A stretch of 64,000 nt of DNA, from the NCBI GenBank assembly GCA_029858205.1, contig JAOUFM010000006.1, forward strand, positions 6,094 through 70,093, read 5' to 3'. This DNA is from Deltaproteobacteria bacterium. GTDB lineage: Bacteria > Desulfobacterota > GWC2-55-46 > DRQE01. Under the pieces are notes generated by a model that worked only from the letters and a program-made list of their open reading frames with translations, was not told the origin of the DNA and did no database searches. This document shows, piece by piece, positions 56,880 through 64,000 of this stretch. Every line of letters begins with the position of its first letter. Positions within the stretch are counted from its first letter, which is position 1. The position numbers and the translations under genes are program-made.

Positions 56880-58469
56880 CTACGCGCCTTCGCCCTCGAT
56901 TACACGCCTAAGGCTAAGCCCTATTTTCCTGTCATCGGGGTTTACGTTAAGTATCTCGACCTCGACCTTATCGCCGGCCTTTATGCCCGAGCCCTTCTGT
57001 TTACTCCTGTTCAACTCGGAAACATGTATAAGCCCCTCAACACCGCTCTCTATTTCTATGAAAGCCCCGAAGTCCGCTGTGCTCGAAACCCTGCCCTCTA
57101 CGATATTTCCTGGGCTAAAACGCCCGGCAACCCCTGCCCACGGGTCATTCTCCGTAAGCCGTGTTGAGAGTGAGAAACGCTGCGCCGCCTTATCGACGTT
57201 CACCACAACGGCCTCGACCTCCTGGCCGCGCTTGAAGAGCTCAGAGGGATGCTTCACCTTTTTCCACGACATGTCTGATACGTGCACAAGGCCGTCGATA
57301 CCCTCCTCAACGCCTATAAACACGCCGAAGTCCGTGATGTTCTTTACCGTGCCCTTTATCTTAGTGCCCTTGGGATAACGCTCTTCGATAGAATCCCAGG
57401 GATTGGCCTCCACCTGCTTTAAGCCAAGCGATATGCGCTTATTTACCGGATCCACGTCGAGTATCATTGCATCGACCATGTCGCCCGGCTTCACCTTCTG
57501 CGACGGATGGCGAAGCTTTGTCCACGACATCTCGGAGATATGCACTAGCCCCTCGAGCCCCGGTTCTATCTCCACAAAAGCGCCGTAATCTGTGAGATTG
57601 ACGACCCTGCCCTTTATCCTCGCCTGCGGCTTGTAGCGGTCGGCTACACTTAGCCAGGGGTCAGAGGTAAGCTGCTTCATGCCAAGAGAAATCTTCTTTG
57701 TCTCGGCGTCGTATTTCAGTATTTTGACCTTCACTGCGTCGCCGACCTTCACGACCTGCGAGGGATGCGTAACCTTACCCCACGACATGTCGCTAAGATG
57801 CACGAGCCCGTCTATGCCGCCAAGATCAACGAACGCGCCGTAATCGGTGATGTTTTTAACAACCCCTTCAACGGCCTTGCCCTCTTCTATTTTGGAGAGC
57901 GTAACGCCCCTTAACGCATCCCTTTCCTCTTCGAGGATGACGCGCCTGGATATTATAAGATTGTTCTTTTTTCTGTTGTACTTGATTACCCTGAACTTGA
58001 ATGATTTGCCGACGAGTTCGTCCGGGGATTTTACGGGCTTAAGGTCCACCTGAGAGCTTGGAAGGAACGCGGTCACGCCCATGACGCTTACATGGAACCC
58101 TCCGTTTACTTTTTTATCTATTTTACCGTCGACCGGAGTTTTGTTGTCGTGTACCAGTATGAGGTCGTCCCACACATGAAGCTGGTCTGCCTTGCCTTTG
58201 GAAAGTATAATATATCCGCGGTCATCGTCCCAGCGTAGTATAAGTACAGTAACTTCCTGGCCTTCCTTGACCTCGACCTTGCCGTCAGCGCCTGTAAACT
58301 CGGCTATAGGCACTATACCCTCGGCCCTGTACCCGACATCGACAATGACCGAGTCGCTTGTTATCTTCACTACCGTGCCTTTTACAAGCTCTCCTGCATG
58401 AGGCTCCTTCATGCTCTTTTCCAAAAGAGCTTCGAATTCGCTCACGCCTTTGTTGTCGAGTTCGTTCAT
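56880..58469 (-). CDS. rpsA: 30S ribosomal protein S1
   Basis: Multiple S1 domains; 529 aa. Confidence 0.95.
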   Translation of the reverse strand: MNELDNKGVSEFEALLEKSMKEPHAGELVKGTVVKITSDSVIVDVGYRAEGIVPIAEFTGADGKVEVKEGQEVTVLILRWDDDRGYIILSKGKADQLHVWDDLILVHDNKTPVDGKIDKKVNGGFHVSVMGVTAFLPSSQVDLKPVKSPDELVGKSFKFRVIKYNRKKNNLIISRRVILEEERDALRGVTLSKIEEGKAVEGVVKNITDYGAFVDLGGIDGLVHLSDMSWGKVTHPSQVVKVGDAVKVKILKYDAETKKISLGMKQLTSDPWLSVADRYKPQARIKGRVVNLTDYGAFVEIEPGLEGLVHISEMSWTKLRHPSQKVKPGDMVDAMILDVDPVNKRISLGLKQVEANPWDSIEERYPKGTKIKGTVKNITDFGVFIGVEEGIDGLVHVSDMSWKKVKHPSELFKRGQEVEAVVVNVDKAAQRFSLSTRLTENDPWAGVAGRFSPGNIVEGRVSSTADFGAFIEIESGVEGLIHVSELNRSKQKGSGIKAGDKVEVEILNVNPDDRKIGLSLRRVIEGEGA

Positions 58470-58567
58470 GACCTGTCCCCCGCGCCTTAGTCTAGTTACG
58501 AAAATTTACTATATCACAGCCGTAAATAGAGTTCAACCTATTAATTTATATTAGGTTTTGCCCTCTA

Positions 58568-59442
58568 TTAAAGCTCTTTAATGACAGCCCCGTCGAAACT
58601 TTCCAACACTCTGTTTACGACCTCTTCGATTATCCAGTCCGGTGTAGACGCCCCTGCCGATATGCCAAGCTTATTGACACCCTTGAACCAGTCAGTTGAT
58701 ATCTCGGAAGCGATCTCGATATGGTGCGTATTGGGCTGTATACCCCTGCAAATCTCGGCCAAACGCCTTGTATTTGGCTGGTTTTTCCGCCAACTACTAT
58801 CACGCAGTCAACGAGCCTGGATATCTCTACACTGTCTTCCTGCCTGACGCTGGTAGCGCTGCAAATCGTGTTACAAACCTTCACCTCGTCTGCTATGGTG
58901 CGGCAGAACTCGGCAATTTCCCTGAACCTGGACTCTGACTGCGTTGTCTGCGCCACTATGCCGATTTTCTTTTTTCTTCCAATGGCTTTGAGCCCCTCGA
59001 CCCCGGCAACGACCACTATATCCGCGCTCGCGCCGTAGCTTACCATGCCCTGGACCTCGGGGTGCTCCTTTTCGCCAACAACCACCACAAAATAACCGTC
59101 CGCAGTCAACTCGGAGACAAGCTCGTGGGTCTTCTTGACGAACGGGCACGTGGCGTCCACGATATTTAGCCCTTTTCTCTTTGCCTCGTTTATCTCCTCG
59201 TACTTAACGCCGTGCGACCTGATTATGACCGTGCCGCCCTTTATGTCGTCGAGCGAGTCCTTGGCAGTTATGTTAGCCGTTTTCTCGAGCGTTTCAACGA
59301 CCTGAGGGTTGTGTATGATGGGCCCAAGCGTATGTATGTCGCCGCCCTTATTGGAGTCGGCGGAGGCAACCGCTATATTTATCGCCCTCTTGACTCCGAA
59401 GCAGAACCCGGCCGATTTGGCTATGTATATTTCCATGGTCAT
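58568..59442 (-). pseudogene. ispH: 4-hydroxy-3-methylbut-2-enyl diphosphate reductase (IspH/LytB) split by a -1/+2 frameshift near 58765-58790
   Basis: ORF 58630-59442 encodes IspH up to ...VVGGKTSQ and then reads out of frame. The conserved continuation NTRRLAEICRGIQPNTHHIE...GISAGASTPDWIIEEV lies in another frame (ORF 58568-58762). The shift falls within ggaaaaaccagccaaatacaagg. Confidence 0.6.
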
Positions 59443-60167
59443 TTTTTCTTCTCTACCACTTCGATTATCCTTGCAACAACATCATCGAATCCCATGCCGC
59501 TTGTGTCTATATTCACGGCGTCATCCGCCTTTTGAAGCGGCGAGTTCTTTCTCGATGAATCCCTCTCGTCACGCTTTGAGATATCGCATGCCACCTTGCC
59601 GATATCCTGCCCCTTCGAGAGCCCGAGCTCGTCAAGCTGGCCAAGCCGCCTCTTTGCCCTGACATCGCCCGAGGCGTCGATAAAGAACTTGAAATCCGCC
59701 GAGTCCTTCAATACGACCGTTCCGATGTCTCTACCTTCCATCACAACGCCATGCTTCGCGGCAATGGATTTCTGAAGCCCAACAAGACGCTCTCTTACCG
59801 CCTTCTTCGATGAATAGCGCGAGGCAAGCTCCCCTGCCTTCTCCGTTCGTATGACGCCGGTATAGTCCTTGCCGTTTACAGATACTTTGAGGCCGTCCTC
59901 GGACAAAACAACATCGGCCTGTCCTGCGTATTCAGAAAGCGCCGCTTCATTATCCGCAGCCACCCCGTTTTCATCTGCTGACACGGCAAAGGCCCTGTAC
60001 ATCGCCCCTGTGTCCACGTACCTTAAGCCGAGCTTCTTTGCAACCGCCTTACTTACACTGGACTTACCTGAACCGGACGGGCCGTCAATTGCTATACGCA
60101 GTTCTTTTTTCAGGCCGAGGCCTCCTTTAGTATTTCGAAAAACGACGGGAACGATACGTCCACGCAC
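59439..60167 (-). CDS. cmk: Cytidylate kinase
   Basis: IAIDGPSGSGKSS P-loop and a Cmk fold. The first ATG overlaps aroA by about 57 nt, so the true start may be a downstream non-ATG codon. Confidence 0.85.
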   Translation of the reverse strand: MRGRIVPVVFRNTKGGLGLKKELRIAIDGPSGSGKSSVSKAVAKKLGLRYVDTGAMYRAFAVSADENGVAADNEAALSEYAGQADVVLSEDGLKVSVNGKDYTGVIRTEKAGELASRYSSKKAVRERLVGLQKSIAAKHGVVMEGRDIGTVVLKDSADFKFFIDASGDVRAKRRLGQLDELGLSKGQDIGKVACDISKRDERDSSRKNSPLQKADDAVNIDTSGMGFDDVVARIIEVVEKKK

Positions 60168-61402
60168 GCAGGGTCTTCTATGTCTATGCCGTCCTTCGAA
60201 TTAAGCGCGGCTATGGCAAAGGCCATTGCTATCCTGTGATCACCACGGCTATGAATTTTACCGCCTCTCACTGTAGCGCCACCACTACCCTTTATGACTA
60301 TGCCGTCCTTTAGCTCCTCTGCATCTACGCCTATTGCAGTAAGAGATTCCTTCATGACCGTAATCCTGTCGCTCTCCTTTACCCTTAGCTCTTCAGCGCC
60401 GGTTATCTTAGTAGAACCTTCTGCAAAAGCAGCCGCTATGTTTATAATCGGGAACTCGTCTATTGCAGGCAAAAGCTCATCCCCGTTTATGTCGACACCA
60501 TTTAGCTTCGACGTTCTTACAAGAAGATCCCCTGTGGGCTCGTCGTCGTCGTTCATGTTAACCACTTCGATAGCCCCGTTCATTTTTAAAAGGATGTCTA
60601 TAATGCCGCGCCTGGTGGGGTTTAAGCCGACATTTTTAATCAGCAGCTCGGAGCCGGGCGTAATCATGGCTCCTACGATAAAGAACGCGGCAGAGGAAAT
60701 ATCTCCTGGCACTTTTATGTCAGCGGCCTTTAGCGAAGCCGCTCTCTTAACCGTTGCCTTGTTGCCGTCTACCCTTATATCAACGCCAAACTTCTTGAAC
60801 ATGCGCTCGGTATGGTCTCTGCTCTTTGCAGGTTCTTCTACCGAGGTCTCGCCCTCTGCAAAAAGCCCGGCAAGGAGTATAGAGGACTTTACCTGCGCGC
60901 TAGCGATTTTACTTTTATACGCAATGCCTTTTAAGGCCTTGCCCTTCACTGTCATGGGCAAAAGCTTATCGTCAAGCGCGCTTATATCAGCGCCCATCAT
61001 TCTTAGCGGCTCTATTACGCGCTTCATAGGGCGCTTTCTTAGAGAATCATCTCCGTCTATTACCGACGTAAACGATTGTGCCGCAAGTATGCCTGTTAAG
61101 AGCCTTGCCGTGGTGCCGGAATTGCCCGCATCTATTACGCCAGATGGGGCCTTTAAGCCGTTTAACCCAACGCCGTGCACGATGAGGCGCGACTTTGACG
61201 GGCTCTCTATCTTGACGCCCATTGCCCTGAAAGCGCCGGCTGTGTGCAGGTTATCGTCGCCTTCGAGAAAGTTCGTTACCTCGGTAGTGCCGTCCGCAAT
61301 GGAACCCAGCATAACGGCCCTGTGCGAGATGGACTTATCGCCGGGAACCTCGATAGAGCCGGAAAGAGATTTTATTGGATTTATTTTTCTTATCTTCAAC
61401 AA
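60110..61402 (-). CDS. aroA: 3-phosphoshikimate 1-carboxyvinyltransferase (EPSP synthase)
   Basis: ...LSGSIEVPGDKSISHRA...; 430 aa and full-length. Confidence 0.95.
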   Translation of the reverse strand: MLKIRKINPIKSLSGSIEVPGDKSISHRAVMLGSIADGTTEVTNFLEGDDNLHTAGAFRAMGVKIESPSKSRLIVHGVGLNGLKAPSGVIDAGNSGTTARLLTGILAAQSFTSVIDGDDSLRKRPMKRVIEPLRMMGADISALDDKLLPMTVKGKALKGIAYKSKIASAQVKSSILLAGLFAEGETSVEEPAKSRDHTERMFKKFGVDIRVDGNKATVKRAASLKAADIKVPGDISSAAFFIVGAMITPGSELLIKNVGLNPTRRGIIDILLKMNGAIEVVNMNDDDEPTGDLLVRTSKLNGVDINGDELLPAIDEFPIINIAAAFAEGSTKITGAEELRVKESDRITVMKESLTAIGVDAEELKDGIVIKGSGGATVRGGKIHSRGDHRIAMAFAIAALNSKDGIDIEDPACVDVSFPSFFEILKEASA

Positions 61403-61422
61403 TACACCAACCGATATATTAA

Positions 61423-61881
61423 TTATGACCCCTGAATTCTTTCGGCAGACGCGGCCTGTTCCTTACCTTTATTGGCATAAACCAGGTTAATAACGACCAA
61501 GGCCAGCACCAACACTGCGTTCAAAACAAGGAAAAAATCTAACGCGCCGCCGTATATCTTTCCCCCGCTTCGCGCTCCGGTAAACTTCATAAGCGCAAGC
61601 ATCGAATATGGAAATAGGAATATGATAACAACTTGGCAAAAAAGCCACGGCGAAAATCTTTTACGCCACTGCCTGATTATAACCGTAATAAAAAAAACGA
61701 AATATAACAGATAAAAACAGACTTCCCACCAGGCAGGGTTGCCACGGCCCGAAAACACAAAATATACCACTAAAGCAAACAACCCCAACGCAATAAAACC
61801 AAAAACGCCGTACATGAATACGGCAATGCCGCTTAATATCCTATCGGGTTTGGTTAATGCCGCGTCCTCGTTCATCTTCAC
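61423..61881 (-). CDS. Hypothetical membrane protein (4 TM)
   Basis: Hydrophobic helices and no known motif. It sits between tyrA and aroA. Confidence 0.4.
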   Translation of the reverse strand: MKMNEDAALTKPDRILSGIAVFMYGVFGFIALGLFALVVYFVFSGRGNPAWWEVCFYLLYFVFFITVIIRQWRKRFSPWLFCQVVIIFLFPYSMLALMKFTGARSGGKIYGGALDFFLVLNAVLVLALVVINLVYANKGKEQAASAERIQGS

Positions 61882-62089
61882 GCATACCGTTACATACTGC
61901 AGAGAGCTTAGGCCATAACCTGCCGTTTAAATTGATATTTTTTTAGTATAGCATACTAACATATTGAATTTCCAGAGTTTTTTAGAATACAAAAAACTCT
62001 CAAAAATACGCGTTACGCTGAATATGTCTATAGTCTAAAAACGCAACAACAAGGCTGGGTTAGAGAATAAAATTAAGGAACGATATTAC

Positions 62090-62962
62090 CTATTTTTTAA
62101 GCGCGTCGCGTATGTCCTTGGCCCTCTGAAAGTCTGCCTTTATGGCATCGTACTCCCCTTTGGAGATATGACCCTTTATATTTGTAAGCACGCGCTCGAA
62201 CTTTTCTATGGTCGAGAGAATGGCTGCTTTATTCATGTCGCAGATATCGGCCCACATCTCGGGCGAGCTTGACGCGATACGCGTAAAGTCCTTAAAGCCT
62301 CCGGCAGTGTATTTTAGAATGTCGTGGTCCTTGATTTCCTCGTCAATGTCCTCTATAGCATTGACAAGCGAATAGGCTATTACGTGCGGAAGATGGCTTA
62401 TGGCAGCAAGCGCGATGTCGTGTGTTTTCGCATCCATTATAACGACCTCCGAGCCCGCAGCCTCCCAGAGCGCCCTTACCTTCTGAAGCGCTTCTTTGTC
62501 GGTCTTGTCCGTGGGGGTCAGGATGCATTTACGCTTTACGTAAAGGTCTCGCACCGCAAACTCTGCTCCCGAGTTCTCGGTGCCCGCAATCGGGTGCGCT
62601 GCGACAAAATGCGCGCCCTTCGGCATCAAAGGCTCGACCGCCTTCACAACCTCTTCCTTGACGCTTCCAACGTCCGTGACGATAGCGCCTGGCTTCAAAT
62701 TTCTGGCAAATGAAGAAACAATCGAGGCAATGCTTTTGACAGGAACGCAGACAACTACAAGGTCTGCGTCTTTTACGCCCTCGTTTACGTCATGGGTATA
62801 GGAATCGATAAGCCCCATGGACACGGCGGTCTTTAGGTTCTTCTCACCCCTGCCCACGCCGACTATGGTGCCGGCAAGCTTCTTATCCTTTAGCGTATAG
62901 CAGAGCGAGCCGCCGATCAGCCCTACCCCTATTATGGCAACCTTTTTAAAAAAGGGTTCCAT
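62090..62962 (-). CDS. tyrA: Prephenate dehydrogenase
   Basis: NAD-binding VAIIGVGLIGGS and the TyrA catalytic-domain pattern. Confidence 0.85.
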   Translation of the reverse strand: MEPFFKKVAIIGVGLIGGSLCYTLKDKKLAGTIVGVGRGEKNLKTAVSMGLIDSYTHDVNEGVKDADLVVVCVPVKSIASIVSSFARNLKPGAIVTDVGSVKEEVVKAVEPLMPKGAHFVAAHPIAGTENSGAEFAVRDLYVKRKCILTPTDKTDKEALQKVRALWEAAGSEVVIMDAKTHDIALAAISHLPHVIAYSLVNAIEDIDEEIKDHDILKYTAGGFKDFTRIASSSPEMWADICDMNKAAILSTIEKFERVLTNIKGHISKGEYDAIKADFQRAKDIRDALKK

Positions 62963-62983
62963 CAGCCGAGAGCCCCGCCGCTC

Positions 62984-63997
62984 TTAGAGCGTCCTTCCGA
63001 TTGCCTTGGCAATTGCGCGAAGCTCGTTCATGAGCACGTCGAACTTCTTGGGCTTTAACGACTGCGCTCCGTCGCATAGCGCGTTCTCGGGGTCAGAGTG
63101 GACTTCTATCAAAAGCCCGTCCGCGCCGATAGCGACCGCTGCCTTTGAGAGCGCGGAAACAAAGTTCCATTTTCCTGCCGCGTGGCTCGGGTCTATGAAC
63201 ACGGGTAGATGCGTCTCCTCTTTAAGAACCGGCACGGCGCTAAAGTCGAGCGTGTTCCTTAGCGCTGTTTCGAAGGTCCTTATGCCTCTTTCGCAGAATA
63301 TGATATTGGAATTGCCCTGCGAAGCAACGTACTCAGCGCTCATCAGGAGCTCTGCGATGGTGTTTGCAAGGCCGCGCTTAAGTAGCACGGGCTTCCCTGC
63401 CTTGCCTGCCTCCAGCAGAAGGCGGAAGTTCTGCATATTCCTCGCGCCTATTTGAATGATGTCGACATACTTGCAAAGTAGGTCGATGTCTCTTGGGTCC
63501 ATAAGTTCGCTAACGAGCGGCAGCCCGGTTGCCTTCTTTGCCTCTGCCATGAGCTTAAGGCCATCTTCGCCAAGCCCCTGGAATGTGTAAGGAGACGTTC
63601 TCGGCTTGAATGCGCCGCCGCGAAGCATCGTCGCGCCGCTCTTCTTCACCTTCTCTGCGCAGTCGAGCATAAGCTCTCTTGTCTCAACACTGCACGGGCC
63701 TGCGATTACCTGCACCTTCTCGCCGCCTATCTTCACGCCACCAATGTCAAGAACGGTCGTCTCTTTCTTAAACTCACGGCTAACTAGCTTATAAGGCTTT
63801 AAGATGGGCATCACGTTCTCGACACCCGGTATTGCAGAGAGCGGAGCCTCCGCAAGCTTTGCCTCGTCTCCGATTGCGCCGATTATCGTTCTCTCTTTGC
63901 CCTTGGATATGTGCACCGCGAGCCCGAGCGCCTTTATCCTTTCTACAACGTGCTCGATTTCCTGCTCGGTCGCGTCCTTCTTGAGTACTATTATCAT
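62984..63997 (-). CDS. aroF: 3-deoxy-7-phosphoheptulonate (DAHP) synthase, type I-beta, with an N-terminal ferredoxin-like regulatory domain
   Basis: An N-terminal regulatory domain (MIIVLKKDATEQEIEHVVERIKALG), a KDO8P/DAHP synthase barrel (VIAGPCSVE...GAFKPRTSPY) and a conserved C-terminus. The start is at the window edge. Confidence 0.85.
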   Translation of the reverse strand: MIIVLKKDATEQEIEHVVERIKALGLAVHISKGKERTIIGAIGDEAKLAEAPLSAIPGVENVMPILKPYKLVSREFKKETTVLDIGGVKIGGEKVQVIAGPCSVETRELMLDCAEKVKKSGATMLRGGAFKPRTSPYTFQGLGEDGLKLMAEAKKATGLPLVSELMDPRDIDLLCKYVDIIQIGARNMQNFRLLLEAGKAGKPVLLKRGLANTIAELLMSAEYVASQGNSNIIFCERGIRTFETALRNTLDFSAVPVLKEETHLPVFIDPSHAAGKWNFVSALSKAAVAIGADGLLIEVHSDPENALCDGAQSLKPKKFDVLMNELRAIAKAIGRTL

Positions 63998-64000
63998 GAA

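Overview
This is a 64-kb chromosomal segment of about 60% GC, probably from an anaerobic Deltaproteobacteria-like organism. Gene order (aroF-tyrA-aroA-cmk-ispH-rpsA-sppA-ihf; proB-proA; rplU-rpmA-obg) and protein content (rubrerythrin, bacterioferritin and hemerythrin paralogs, cytochrome c', a Sec-dependent rhodanese) support that placement. Most of the window is densely packed housekeeping genes: mutS, miaB, gdhA, ispG, ispH, dtd, proBA, obg, L21/L27, mrcA, ccsA/ccsB, rpsA, aroA, cmk, tyrA, a DAHP synthase and tRNA-Gly(CCC). It also carries an unusual density of c-di-GMP proteins: five GGDEF-domain proteins, three of them degenerate, and two of those adjacent to PATAN/DUF4388 proteins. I found no CRISPR array, transposase, integrase or phage genes. 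The regions that deserve a second look are:
- an in-frame TGA in a periplasmic rhodanese, followed by a SECIS-like hairpin and a continuing rhodanese domain, which makes it a probable selenoprotein;
- a low-GC island between gdhA and ispG that holds two orphan ORFs embedded in a mosaic of palindromic repeat modules, one of which shows compensatory base-pair changes between its two copies (a structured RNA or DNA element);
- three separate 'split rubrerythrin' gene pairs, each a ferritin-like diiron protein next to a tiny CxxC protein;
- PATAN (DUF4388) proteins paired with degenerate GGDEF proteins at two loci, one fused to a receiver and a P-loop-less Ras-like domain;
- a frameshifted ispH.
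Coordinates I derived by hand may be off by 1-2 nt.
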